A DNA stretch of 64,000 nt from Felis catus (GCF_018350175.1 NC_058373.1:103542001-103606000); one strand, 5' to 3'; positions 24,822 through 38,785 are shown, counted from the stretch's first letter. A program made the numbers and translations. Notes: generated by a model from the sequence alone, not told the origin.

Positions 24822-26602
24822 CACACAGCTAGTTATTTTAATTCCAGCCAGAACTAGATGCTGGATCTGCCTGACTCCAACATGTCTGTATGCTCTTTTC
24901 CATGGACCACAGTAGCTCTCAATAGGCAAAGACCTCCAGGGGAAAGACTACCATTTCCTATGAATGAATGCCTGGCTCTTGTAGAGCTGCTCATTCATAG
25001 TAGGTGTGCAGGAAATGTTTACAGAATAAATAAAAGTAGGGAAAAGACCGGAGACAAGTAAGTATGGAGTGTTACATATATTGCAAAGGAGCAAGAGAGG
25101 GAACTAAGAGAAGGGACAAATAGGTGTCCTTCATAATTTAGAGTGACACCCTGTAGCATGGTTGCACTATTCTTGGTCAGCTACACTTAGTGATGCCCAT
25201 AGTCAGGAAGAAAGTCAACTGCAGCGACCATCATTTTGAGAGCCTGGTTGGACTCTTCATACCTGCTGATTTCCATTAAATGCTGTTTAGAAAAATAATT
25301 GTGTGACCCTGCCCTGTTGTCATTAAATATAAATCGTTGGTTTGGCTGCTAAAATATAACACTCAAGGAGTGCGGAGAGACAAGCAATTGTTTTTTAAGA
25401 TGCTTCCAACGGAAGGCAGGAGACACTAGATGGCTTCCCATTGGCTTCTGCCACACGTGCGCTGCTCACTCTGCTGGAGGCGCTGTGCTGTCCGTGTCAC
25501 AGGGCCATCAGTCACGGATTATGGCTGCAAGGGGTGCCTGTGCTTAATCTCATTTTTGAATGAATTAATATTATTAGTTTTGACAAATTAATGGTATTAA
25601 ATGTGCAAGGTTAGTATGAATTATGTCCACATCCACCTATTACTAAATGTGCTTCGTTCTTGTGCAAGAAAGTTTATTGAATCGATTCAGTGGAATCCTC
25701 TCTCTTTTCTGTATTTGAAAATGCCTTCTTAGAAGCCTTAAAAAGATGGGCTTGTGAACGTATGGACACGTGTTTAATGATATCAATCTGTACTATAGTC
25801 CAGGCTGAAAGGAGCTACATAATTGAGTCAGTCAACACAGGAAGATGAGACTTTGTGATGACTTATTATACATCCTTACCAATATAATTTTAAGTATACT
25901 CCATCCAAGAAAATCCTATATTTTAGAAAAGCTTTGAGCTTCCCTATCTTCCCTTCCCCCTTCCAATTAAAAAAAAAAAAAAAATCTGTGCTAAGGTATA
26001 CCCATTTCCTTGGTATTAAAAAATAATAAAAAGAAAAAACAGCCATAGGTTTCTAGGTATCTTTTCCAATTTGAAACCATTTTTCCCTCTAACTTAACTC
26101 TAAATGAAATGCATGTTGTTAGAATCCCATGTCAGCAGAATGATGTCTGTGGTTGAAGATTTGGGGAAGATGATGAACAAGTGTGAATGAGCCTGAATGA
26201 TTTTTCTAGTTGGTATTTTTAATTATTAATTTAAGGAGTACCTAATGTCCAATGCTGTGAATCTGCTCTTTTTTTAACCTGGACATCGTGGCACACAGCA
26301 ATTGTCACATTTAGTCCCTGCTTTAAGAACCCAGATTCTGTTCAGGTAACAGGCACAGATTCTTTGATTTCAAGAAAGGTAGACTCTTCGCCCCAGATCT
26401 CTGGTAATCCCATTATCCTTTGTGGTGATTAGTGATCCAGTTCTGGATGATAAGATATAAGCAGAAGAGTAAAGCTTTTGAACCCCAGTGTCAAACACAG
26501 TAGGTGGCACTCAATAACTACTTGTTGCACTAGTGAGGTATATTCCATCTGTAAGATCTTAATGGGCATTTAACAAAAATATTCTGTATACTTATACTTC
26601 AT

Positions 26603-26678
26603 TTTTTTAATAGTTGGGTTTTTTTTTAAGTTTATTTATTTTTGAGAGAGAGAGAAAGTGCAAGCAAGGGAGCGTGCG

Positions 26679-26709
<31 letters not shown>

Positions 26710-26796
26710 ATCCAAAGTGGGCTCATGCTATCAGTGCAGAGATCATGACCCAAGTGGAAGCCGGACACTTAACCACCTGAGCCCCCCATGCACCCC
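26603..26796 (-). mobile_element. Can-SINE with an internal deletion in the B-box region
   Basis: 'cagtgcaga|gatcatgacc' joins segments that are separated in other copies; diverged TSD TATACT(T/C)ATAC. Confidence 0.85.
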
Positions 26797-27038
26797 TATA
26801 TACTCATACCTTTAATCAGTTTTACAGACTTTTTCCTAAAATATACATATATGTACTCAGGTGGCCATATCATTCCCTTCCTGGATTCCTTTATCTTCTC
26901 ATTTAAAATTTCCACCATTTTCCACTTTATTAAAGTCTTTTGCCAACATTCGAGAGAGGTGCTGTCCCATAGAAATATGATGCAAACCACATACATAGTT
27001 TTAAATTCACTGGTAGCCACATTTAAAAAGTAAAAAGA

Positions 27039-27262
27039 GGGGTGCCTGGGTGGCTCAATTGGTTAAGCATCCGACTTCTGCTCGGATCATCATCTTGAGG
27101 TTCCTGGGTTCAAGCCCGCATCAGGCTCTATGCTGACAGCTCAGAGCCTGGAGCCTGCTTCGGATTCTGTGTCTCCCTCTCTCTGTTCCTCTGCCACTCA
27201 CACTCTGTCTCTGTCTCTCTCTCAAAAATAAATAAAGATTAAAAAAAATTTTTTAATAAAAA
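27039..27262 (+). mobile_element. Can-SINE following a MER3/MER33-like fragment (about 26958-27038)
   Basis: Full body; upstream 'gctgtcccatagaaatatgatgcaaaccaca..gtagccacatttaaaaag'. Confidence 0.93.
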
Positions 27263-29639
27263 AATATATAGATGACTTACTAATTTGTGAGTAAAAATCT
27301 TCAGAGGGTATATGTCTTATCCTTTGAAGGATATTTTAACACCACACACCTAATATTTTAGATATCAAGACAGATATCAGGACATAATATCAGGACAGAA
27401 AAGGACTTCTGAAGGAATTTTTTTAGGAGGCAAGGCTCTCAGGGTAAATTTTCTAAATATACACGGACCTGTTGTGAATGGAGAAATACACAAGGGTTTC
27501 ATTAATAGGCAGTCCCTTATGTACAGTTTGCATTAGTCATTGTCCAGTGACAGAGCGTAGTCTAGGCGGACTTGAGATAAGAATTCCAGCTCCAGGTCTG
27601 GCCACCACCTAGATCTGTGATCTTGGTTGTCTCCTTGCTTCCTAGTTTTCAGTATTTGAAGGGAGCTGTTTAGTTCAACTCATTTCCGTGTGGGTATAAT
27701 GGCAAAGACATGGGCGGGGCCTCCCTAGAGGGCTCAGTTCCGGGGCCACACCCCCCAGTGCGGACAACCCAAGGCGACTGCACCTGAAAGGACGCCTCAC
27801 TCTTGGCACCTTTCACAAGCTCCGTGGGATGTATTGTTCAAGGTGGAAATTTCAAAGTTGTATCAACATAATGTTGAGAAAAGGACAGAAGGATGAGTGT
27901 CCCTTTCCCTCTCCCCAGCTCTGAGCACAAGATCCAGGAGAAGCTGCCCCCTACCCAGTAGAGTCTAAAGGACCACCCTCCAAAGCTCATGTTTTCCTCA
28001 GAGTGTAATGGAAAGGCTACTAAAGTCTCTGTGACTATTTGCCTCAGAAGCAGGGCTTTCAGAAATGATTCTCAAATGTTGCTAGATCCTAGCAGAGCTG
28101 CCATTACACATGTATTTTGATTCACGTGGCCCTTGAGGAGGCTACTTTAGATTCCATCTGGTCCTTTCCCCGAAATTCAATTTAATTCAGATCTGTCCAG
28201 TTCAATATAATCTGTCTCTGGGTGTGCCTTAATTCAGGTCTGGTCCCAACTCTCCCACTCAGCTCTAGACCTGTGATCTTGGACAAACCCCATTCCCTGT
28301 ACTCCATCCTAGCACTTCCCAGTAATGCTCCAGCCCAATTCTTAAGCTACTCTTCCCATGTTTTTATAGTTGGAGAAGTGTGTTAACTCCTCTATTAAAA
28401 AAAAAAAAAAAAAAAAGATTCCACAGATAAATAGAGAATACTCTTCCTGTCCATGGCCTGTGTGTGTGTGTGTGTTTCCCAAAACTTCTTTCAAACTTGA
28501 GGTTTGTAATCCTGAAACACCTTTTTGGTTCTTCTCTGGAGACTCCTGAGTGTTCTTTTTTTTAACCAGTATATTTTGTACCACACCTACCAGCCCCCAA
28601 GCAGGCACTAATCCCCCACAGTGATTAGCCCTAACCAATATTTAAGCGCTTAATTTTTTTCTAGTTCTGTTTGTTTTTCCCATGACACTAATTCATGGGT
28701 AGGTTATAACAATAGCCACAACAAATATTTAAATTGCTAGAAACCTTATTTGGGGAAGAAAAAAACCCTCTAGAGTGTCATTTGTTTGTATCATTACTTT
28801 TGTTTTAAAATTCTGCCAGGATTTTCACCCCACACCTTACTTCATTCTAAGTATTTTAGGAATAACTAACAGTGAACTTGTCTGTGTAAAACTGCCCTGA
28901 GCTATTCTTTAAGTTAATTATCACTTCTTTTGGTTCTGTGAATGGCTGTTCAATGACACTGTCAGCAAGTGGAATGAACCAAATTACTTTAATTATGGAG
29001 TAATTGCACAGAGTGATGGTAATTAAATCTTGATCAGTTTAAGTGAGTGAATTAATTGCTTTAACTTGGAATGCACACCACAGCAAGAGGAGTTGTTTTG
29101 TAGTTTAATTAACACCATCCACTAAAGTCTTATCATATCTAAAATGTAGACAATTAATGAGTTTGATATTATTCTCACCTTCACAAGAACTAGGACAGAA
29201 TACACACTGAGAAAGGTAGTATACTATGGGAATGAAAGAAAACTTAATATTCTTGTCACTTGTATAGATATATTGGTTGCAATCTCTGCTTTGCCTTCTG
29301 GAGAAATGTGCTAATAGAAATATTTCCATATAATTAGCTTCTGGCCCCATTTCATTTCAATATTCCCTGATCTGTGCAATAGTATACATTTCCAAATTTG
29401 TTAATGTTTTAGATTTCTGCAGCCTGAATTTCATTGTGAATCTAGCCATCATTTACTTCCTTTTAGTTTGTTTGGAGGAGTCTTGGCCTCGTGAAGGTGT
29501 GCTTGGGGTCTTCATACAATTTGATCATTGATCAAGCATCACTTAGCAGTTTTGCATTTCCATGCTTGTTCTATTATCCATCCCCCAGTGCTGGGAGATG
29601 TTTTCTGTTTTTAGAGGAACTTTTCTGCCAAGATCTAAA

Positions 29640-29800
29640 TCAGCGATGCTCAGCCTGGACTGTGAGTTAGACCTACAGAACTTTAAAAAATTACCAATGC
29701 CCAGGACCCCTCCAGAATCTAGAGGAGGTGGGACCTCAGCACATATATGTTTGAAAAGCTCTTCAGGTGATACTAAAGTGCATCACAGGTTGAGAGCTGC
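29640..29800. mobile_element. MER5A-like MITE
   Basis: 'aatgcccaggacccctcc..aaagctcttcaggtgatactaaagtgca..gttgagagctgct'. Confidence 0.65.
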
Positions 29801-30569
29801 TTCAGAAAGTCTATGCATACCATCCCATTAACCCTGAGAGAAAGATGGTATTATCATAAATTTCCATATAGAGACCCCCTGGCTTGTTCAAGTGGTCCAG
29901 GATTGACACGTGGATCCAATCCTCAGACCCTCTGCTGCCATGTCTTAAGAGACCATTCTTCATAAATCTTTTACAACCATACTCTAGAATAAATCAAATT
30001 GAGAAGTCCTAGTTTGCAAACTACAGAAGCAAAGAAGGAAAGGAAATGAACATGATTTATTTAGCAGTCTTGGACATTGTCTTATTAAGCTCCATATAAG
30101 GAAAAGAGATATTGTTCTATGCCTCAGGACTGTTAATTTGTGCACAGTTGGCTTCAGAGTCATTTCTTAAGTGTCAATGGGTAGTAATGATTAAATAGAG
30201 TTTGTCAAGGGAATGACATCTGCCTGTTAGGCCCTGACTCGAGTCATAAGTAAACTTCTCAAGGTTATCCATTGCCAAAACCAGAACTTGAATCTGGTCT
30301 TCTCTCGGAGTCCACAAACATGGACATAGGATCTGGCTCAGAGTTAACACAACACAATGGGAACTTGGCCCAGGAAAATGTGTGGGTTTTTGGAAGTGTT
30401 CACACATGAGTTGACATGTGATTTGGATTCTAAAAGTAAGGTAGTTCTCTATGTGGCGAAAGAGAAAAGGTCCCAAAAGCCAAAGGAACAGCATGTGCTA
30501 AAGGACAGGTGTTGGAAACTACATGTGGTCTTGCTGTGACTACACGACATACCGTGGAGGAGAGCAATA

Positions 30570-31050
30570 TGTTAAAGCCAATGGCCCCAAGCCATCAATA
30601 ACCTCTCCCAGGCCTAAAAGGTGAATTCATTTAGCTTGTGGTAGCAAGAAAGAATCATCAGCAGGAGGTCTGAGGGGCAACCTGGTAATAGAGAGTCAGG
30701 AGGGGCTCATTACAGGATTCAGGCTCTTTCTGGGTGGTTCCAAGGAGGGTATGAGAAAGTGGGGGCCTGTTCTGTATTGAGAGCTATATGAAGAGCAGGG
30801 GTGATTCCATAATTGGGTGTTTAATCATTATATCCAGGAGATGGAAGGATCGAAGTGGGGCTAGCATCAACTTTCATGTCAGCTGGGAAAGGGTGATAGT
30901 TAATTATTGTGTGGAGAGTCTCCTTGTCTCCATTTGTCTCAGACACGGTCGCGGAGCAAAGCTGTCTCATCATTGTTCTGTGAGCGCAGGTTGTGTTCAG
31001 TTGGGAACATCACAGGCTAGTTGCCAGGGATGCTTTCTACTTTCCATTGT
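30570..31050 (-). mobile_element. Old ERV LTR inserted within an L2 fragment (L2 about 30320-31300)
   Basis: LTR-like block interrupts antisense L2 motifs ('gagttgacatgtga..gaacagcatgtgc' and 'atagcacaattt..gcaagactgga'); family not determined. Confidence 0.45.
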
Positions 31051-33467
31051 AGAATGGATTGCCATTTAAGGAGCTAGGACTTAAATGTTGAAGAGTTTTA
31101 CAAAGTGGAATGATATAGCACAATTTCTGTATGAGGGAGACCCCTCAGGTAGCTACGTGGAAGATGGCTTTGAACGTGGCAAGACTGGAAACAGATGGCC
31201 CAATAACAGCAGAGGCAAGAAAATGCCCCAGAAATGGGAATAGAGACGAAGGAATAGCTAAGAGACGCCACAGGGGCAGAACAGGAAAACTTGTTCTAAA
31301 TAACAACTCAGTGACAGTGACGATCCCAAGCTACTTGGATAAATCAAGCATATCTCATTGTTTCATTGGGGAAAGCTCCTTTGAAATTTTAAAGGGATTC
31401 CTTTTCTTTGAAAACTAAAACCCACTGGTTACTACTTCCTGCTGGGCAAATATAATTTCCTAGGCACCTGAAACTTGTCACAGCTCTGGTAATGTTTCCA
31501 CAGTAGCCTTTTCTTACTCGGGATGCTAAGTTTGCAATATAGTCATCCTGGTACAAGTCAGAGCAAATATACCAAACAAAGAGACTGCTGGTCCCAGGGT
31601 TTCTTGGGAGATGGACTCTGTCTGTGGTCTAAGGCTGTGAGTCCTGAATCAGCAGCCAGGAGCCTGAGCAGCAAATAGGAAGGACAGGTGGTGAAACAGG
31701 GTCAGGTCACCTGGCTCAGACAGTCTCCCCATGTCTTCATCCCATTCTACCCCGATGGGCAAAAAAGAGTAAAGGGGCTTTCTGGAAAAGCACAAAATCA
31801 GTAGAATGCAGTAGAACCCTGGAAACTAGGACAAAAAGAAAAAAAAAGAGAAAACTCTCTTTGGCATGAGGCAGAAGGTTGTCAATAACTGAACATAAAG
31901 GAGAGGAGACCATCTTATTTTTTAGAAACCAAGTGCTAATTATATTGTTGTCCCGCTTTTTTTTTTAATCCATAAAATTGTCATTTACTGATGCAAAAAT
32001 AGATGCCTAAAGAAGACTCACATGATAGAGGGAAAAATGAACCAAACAACGAAACCCTGTCACAATAAATCATAGAGCATTACAACTATTAATGACCATG
32101 AGGAAAGAGGGAGAGAGGATATGGAGAGACCCAAAAGTGTTCCCTTTTAGTCTTTTTCTTTGTTTTTTTGGGGGGAGATTGCCACAAATCACTTAATTTT
32201 CATCTTTGAGAGCACATTTATATGAATAGCTTTTAGCAGAGTGCTTCTTAACATTTACTTCTACGCCATTTAACATAAACGTTTTCAAGAGCAGACTTGG
32301 TCTGAGAGCAACATTTCACAAAACTCAAATGTCTTATTTACCCAGTACTTGTAGAAGCCTATTCTGTGGATTAATCTTTTCTAAAACCATTTTTTTAAGC
32401 CACATGAAACCCTCAGAAAGTGAGGATTCTATTAGTTCATGACCTTATGTTTTATGGAGAAAAAATGGCTTTGCAACACATAAAATGTATTAATGTAGGG
32501 ATAGAAATCTTTATCCTTCCACTTATATCAGGTCCAGTCAACAGGATGGATTAGGCCCTAAATAATCTGACATTAGTATTAAAACAAACATTTAAAAACA
32601 TATGTATCCATTACCAGAACATTAGGTATGGGGCTTTATTTCTTGGTATTAAGATATATCTTGACCCCAAAAATATTTGGTAGAAATCATGACTACATGT
32701 GATGTTGGGTAGGGAAGGCAGATTATAACTTACATCACTTCTTCGATTAGTAACAGAGGAAAGATTGATGGCCATTTAAGAACTGATTAGTGAGACAGCA
32801 GATTAAAAAGAAGGTAACTTGTGACATATTTTGCTTCTCTGCCTTTGGCTGTGTCCAACTGCAGTACTGAAGGACATGTCCGCCACGTGCAAACAGCGCA
32901 TCAGTGTTCAGATCCCACAACTGAACTGTGCTGTAATTAGCACAAAAAGCATGTCGACGTCTCCAAAAACCATAAGCAGTTCAATTATCAACAAATTGGA
33001 AGTGGCATTACATACAGCTACATACATGGTTAATTTAAATTATTTTCTGAAGATATAATTTTACATATTTCAAAATGTTATGTCATTCCTATCCAATTGC
33101 CTAGCATTTTCCGACACCCAGTTATCACTCATGTCTTCAACCCATTTCATTTTGAGCTCCCGCCATTGGTTTCCATTCTGACAAAACCCATGGCATACCT
33201 ACTATGCATGCATAGTACTTCGTTCCTGCTCTCATGGAACTTACAACCTACATGAAGAATATTAAAGGGTAAATGGTGGCATCTTAAAATAACACAAAAT
33301 CGACAATCTAAGCCACAACATATTGCTTAAAGTGTCAAATAAGTAGAACAGGTCATATAAATGCTCTCTGCTTGTGGCAAGCAGGAAATCATTGTTAGGT
33401 TGGAGTAGTCATTTGAAGCTTTATGAAGAAATGGGCATTAAGCTGGCTCGTGAAAGATGGATAGGGG

Positions 33468-33685
33468 CCATGGTGTGCTGGTAAAACAAAACAAAAACAG
33501 AAAACAAAAAAAAACAAACAGTTCTTGGACTGGGAGAGCTTGATCTGTAGTTTTTGCAATTTCCAAAAATATCCCCACTGTGGCTAATTTAAAGCTACCA
33601 ACCTAACATCATGGATTATGAAATGGGAGAGAGATGCTCACAATTGGCTCTTGTGAGCCAGTACGCGCTGACTCCAACACCACTG
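33468..33685 (-). mobile_element. hAT-Blackjack MITE (MER63-like)
   Basis: TIR-like ends 'tggtgtgctgg' / 'ccaacaccactg'; internal 'aagctaccaac..gagatgctcacaattggctct..gagccagtac'. Confidence 0.8.
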
Positions 33686-33861
33686 AATGGAAGATTTACA
33701 AGTGGTAAAGATTCATTCAGTTCAACAAGCGCTTTGAAAAAAAGAAAGGATGGTGTGGTTTTAGTATTTTGCCTGATCTCTCCCCACCTCCCATTCCAAA
33801 TTCAAGCTCAGCCCTAATTATAAGTCAATTAGCTTTGGAAACTACATTAAGAACGTTTCCT

Positions 33862-34067
33862 GGGACGCCTGAGTGGCTCAGTCAATTAAGCCTCTGACTC
33901 TTGACTTTGGCTCAGGTCAGGATCTCACGGTTGGTGGGATCAAGCTCCCCCATCAGACTCTGCCCTGATAGTGCAGAGCCTGCTTGGGATTCTCTATCTC
34001 CCTCTCTCTCTGCCCCTCCCACTCTCTGTCTCTCTCTCTCTCCCTTTCAAAATAAATAAATAAACTT
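33862..34067 (+). mobile_element. Can-SINE
   Basis: Full body; TSD remnant 'aagaa..tttcct' brackets the SINE plus its GAAA tail. Confidence 0.94.
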
Positions 34068-34142
<75 letters not shown>

Positions 34143-34146
34143 AAAA

Positions 34147-34210
<64 letters not shown>

Positions 34211-34212
34211 AA
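34068..34212 (+). repeat. (GAAA)n tetranucleotide microsatellite, about 35 units with one interruption
   Basis: Direct reading of the sequence; derived from the SINE A-tail. Confidence 0.98.
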
Positions 34213-35549
34213 CTTTCCTATTAAAGGTGACAATAGCGATCTAACATCAGCAGTGCCTTTGAGGTACTGTCCCCAGGGGCAATGATAGTCTCCCCCCTGA
34301 CCTACTTACAACACCTTCTTTCTCAGCGTCTCTTAAGAACAGGACACACATTTCCAAGATGATGCGCTCAGATTAGAAGCGCAGGCTGCGTCCCAGGACA
34401 GATCAAAGTTACATACAAGCACAGGATGACTGGATTTAAAACTTGGTAGAACTTGGCTGATTTGCTCTCGCTCAGCTATACGTTTGAAGTGTTCAGTGGG
34501 GATCCCAAGTCCTGATCTCATCGCTCAAGAAATGTTAAAATGCCTCTGGTGAATCTGACTTTAATTCACCATGACTGCTAAAACAGAAGCTTTGGAAACT
34601 AACGCAGTAAGCACATCTCCTGTGTGAGATCAGAGCTCGTAGGGGGATGTTCTGCAGCAACTTCTTTGGATATGTGTGTGTATCCAAAAAAATTAACATG
34701 ACTTAAGTATTTCTAGCAATTTTCCAAGGGCAGATGTAAGACTGAGTGGGGAGAAAAGGTAATTTGCCCACTCATTCATTCAACTATAAAAAGATGAAAA
34801 TAGACCTCACTCTCTTTGCTTCAATCCTTGCCTCCTTTCTCTTTCTTTTTCCCTTTTATTTTCTCTCCCCAATCCCGCCCCCCCCCCCACATTTTTTTTT
34901 TTTTTACCTCACCTCCCATGAACCTTGATTAACAGACAACCTCAAAGCTTACAAATATGGTGTTTGGAAGAACTGTTCTGACATTTCCTGGGATGAGATT
35001 GATCCAGTGATCTCTAGCAAGAGTCACGAAAACCCAGAGCAACCCCCAACTGTTTGCTGCAAGGCAAATATTGCAGCAGTTAGAGACAAAGAAAATTGCA
35101 ACCTGGGTCAGACCAGAAGGTTGTGTACCCCTCCCTTCCCAAACTGCATCATCTTCGAGAGTTAATGTGTCTTCAGATCCAGATTTGCATCAGCTGAATA
35201 AAGCCTTTAACCTCTATTAGAAATACTTGAACTATTTCTTTTTCTCTGACACAACAAATATTTATTGAGCATTTCCTCTGGCTCAGCACTAATCCTGTTG
35301 CTTTGGGAGTGTGAGTGAACAGTACAAAGAAAAGATCCCTGCCTTCATGGGGTCAACATTCCAACTCTCCACCAAACCATGAGCTGACTGATTGTGGATA
35401 TGGAACAACAGGTTTACATAGGGAAGTTATAAACATAAAGGCTGAAGGCAGAAGTCTAGGACTTTAGACCCACTGCCCATTCCCCAAATAATATTTATGT
35501 CCATAATCTCCTCTCTCATGTTCCATTTTCATTCTAAATTGGATAATGA

Positions 35550-35672
35550 GGGGCTCCTGCGTGGCTCACTCGGTGAAGCATCCAACTCTTGGTTTCAGCT
35601 CAGGTCATGATCTCACAGTTGTGAGATTGAGCCCCACATTGGGATCCGCACTGAGCATGGAGCCTGTCTGAG

Positions 35673-35719
<47 letters not shown>

Positions 35720-35819
35720 CTCTTTCTCTCTCCCCCTCCCCGTCCTCTGCCACTCATGTGTGTGCACACACTCTCTCTCTCAAAAATAAATTAGTAAATT
35801 TTTTTTTTATTTTGAAAAA
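35550..35819 (+). mobile_element. Can-SINE with expanded (CT)n
   Basis: TSD TAAATTGGATAATGA (35535-35549 / 35820-35834). Confidence 0.95.
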
Positions 35820-37681
35820 TAAATTGGATAATGAAACAACTTTTATTAAAACACTGCACTTTCCAGAAAGGACCCCCAAAGTACCAGACTCGTAGGGATG
35901 ATATGAAGTGGAAGATTTAAAATACAAGTCTTAATTTATTTGACAGAAGAAATGGAAGGTCAAATGCTTAAGACAAAAGACTACTGATTTCTCTGAGAAA
36001 CATACAGCACCTGGCTCAATGTTGTGCAAGAATTTCTAAGGCAATAAAGGACTACTACCAGAATAGTCGTTTAGTGTCTAGAACTCCTCATGCACCATGA
36101 TAATAAAAAGCGGAGTCACTTGTAGATTTTATTGTTTTTAGACTCTCTGCAGACAATGCACCTTCATTTTGCCTGTACCATGGGCCGACCATCCTGATCA
36201 GCCCCCTCTTGGTACACCACTGTTCTTTCTTCAAACATTTTCTTAGATTCATCTCATCTATAGAGTCATTTTGACTAGCCTATGTCAAGCTGACTCCTAG
36301 TATCTGTTTCCTCTATGATCTTCTATAGCCATTATAATCTGTTTCTCTTAATTAGCCCTTATTTAAATGCAACCAGGAGTGTGTGAATTACTCCTTCCTG
36401 CAGATCCTGTATCTTCTCAAACTTAATATCATGAGAGCAGGACTGGGTCTGGTGTCCACCACCCACCGAGTGATAGGTGCACAGCAACTGTTCATCATTT
36501 AGGAGCCAACAGGATGTGGATGGCTCTGTGCAAACAAGTATCCCCTGAAAGGCCTGCTTCCTCTCATGGTAGGTAAGCACATCAGTGTCCCATCTTGGGC
36601 CCAAACTGGATTTCCTGCAGAAACTCAGCTATGTCTAATGACCCAGTGCAGCTGGCCCACTGTGGAAAGAGATACGAAGCCAGAGAGCTGACCTAGGAGC
36701 AACATTCCAGGAACAAAGGCCAGAACGCTGCTGAGTACAAGGTAAGAACTTATGTCTGAAGTCAGGAAAAGAAAAGGAGGAACGGCAAATCTTAGTGAGA
36801 CCTCGAGGCCCAAGCAATACAGCCTGGAACCTGGGGAACAGAATGTGTCTCCCATAAGGGTAGGACTCTGCCCAACTTTGCCGCAAATCCCCGTGCCGTC
36901 TCAGACAATGGCAGGACCACCGTGAGGGAGCAATACGATGGGGAAAAAATTGTAGCATCAGAAAAAACCAGTGGTGCCTAGGAAAGGCGACAGTACCTGA
37001 CAAGGGCCCACCTACTAATTACAAAAATCCTAACATTTATTGAAAACACACCTTGCTCCAAACAGTAGGCTAAGGTAACTTATGCATATTGTTTATTTAC
37101 TATTCACTATCCTTTGAGGTAGTTGATTTCATGGCTATGATGTGACAGAACCAGGATGGTAGTTGACTGGTTTTGTTCAAGAACAAACATGGGAGGCACC
37201 CCCCCCTCCCAGGACCCATAAGACATGCTTGTGGGTGAGGTCTCCAGGGGCTGAATATTGGGGTGAGTTTTTCTGGTGGCTATTTTATTCATGTGACCCC
37301 ATTTGATGTCACTGTCGGTGAAACCCCAGAGAATGTGAGTGACAATAATAAAATAATCATACTGGCTTAAGGAGAAGGTAGATAACCACAAATTACAAAT
37401 AAACAAAGTAGTCCAGGCTCAAATGTCCAGAGGGGTGGGATGGGATAGAGGGAGGGCACCGTGCTGCGATACTGTCCCCAGGGCAGATCACTAACTAGGA
37501 AGAAACTGATTAGCACAGAGGGCTGGCAGATTGTTGTCCTGGGAGGAGCCTGAAGGGTGTGCACAGGAGAGAGGTGGGAAGTCTGTTTCCCTCCCCCTTC
37601 CTTCCCCACCACCCCTGGAGGAGGCTAATTAGCTGGTGCCAGTTACTAGGCCAAAAGAAGTGACCGCTCCTTTCGCTTAGA

Positions 37682-37872
37682 CCAGTGGTTCCCAACCCAT
37701 GCTGAATGCCGGACCCACCTGGGGGCTTTAGAAATAGCCCCACTCACTGGCTCAGAGATTATCATTCACTGGGTTGGGCTGTGGCCTGGAGGGGCAGATC
37801 AGGATTTTTTTTTTTTTTTAACTTCCCCCAGATGATTTTAATGTGCAGCTGTCTTGGTTGAAAATCCCTGGG
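37682..37872. mobile_element. MER5A-like MITE
   Basis: 'cagtggttcccaac..cacctgggggcttt..tccccagatgattttaatgtgcagc..gttgaaaatccctg'. Confidence 0.8.
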
Positions 37873-38514
37873 TTAGGCCAAGCCCAGATGAAGGAGAGTT
37901 GATTGCACCCAATATTTATTGAGCAACTACTATTCTCAGGCACTGTGCTGGGTGTTTTATGTGGATCCTTTCTAATCCTTAAAATTAACTTGCAGGTAGA
38001 CATGCTCCTCTCTTTTTGAGGAGTAAACTAAGCCTCATGGCTAAATCAAGGTCACAGAGGATCCATCCCATCTGCCGGCCCCCAAACCCAATCCTTTCCT
38101 GTTATATGTTCTGGAAGGACAGTACCATCATTTCAACCTCTGAAAAGAGAGGTGGAAAGAGACCAGAGATTATCTTCTCAAACAGTCTTCATGAGAGATT
38201 ATAAAGACATGAAGGGAGACCCCGCCAATGTCACGTAATTGCCTTGGAACCTGCAGTTACCTCTGAAAAATGTTTGCCTCTCTTACTGTTTGTTAGTAGT
38301 TTGTGTCTCTTATTCTGATAATGGTGCCATGCTAGGTTCTAAGGGATATACCAGGGAGAGAGAGAACACAATGCCGGTCTTTAGGAAATCTTTTGTTGAG
38401 TTGAGTAGTAAATATTAAATGAAACCGCTTTGGGATCGTAGTATGAGGTTGGGGGAGGTTATTTGAAAGGCAGAGAATTGCTCTAACCCCTTTTTATTTA
38501 AAAGGTGGTCCTCT

Positions 38515-38785
38515 GGGAGCCTGGGTGGCTCAGTGGATTAAGCGTCCGACTTCGATTCAGGTCATGATCGGACGGTCATGGGTTGGAGCCCTGCATTAGG
38601 CCCTGTGCTGACAACTCAGAACCTGGAACCTGCTTTGGATTAAGGTGTTACTCAGTATAAGGGCTTGTGAGTCAAATGTTAGAACCTGCTGTCTCCCTCT
38701 CTCTCTGCCCCTCCCTCGCTCACGCTCTGCCTCTCTCTCTCAAAAATAAACATTAAAAAATATATAAAAAAATAAATAAGTAAAT
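38515..38785 (+). mobile_element. Can-SINE carrying a foreign internal insertion at 38640-38685
   Basis: SINE body interrupted after 'tgctttggat'; TSD TAAAAGGTGGT(C/T)CT. Confidence 0.93.

Noticed and set aside
37141..37343. TG...CA bounded 200-bp segment that might be a small LTR
   Set aside because: No clear TSD and no family I can recognise.
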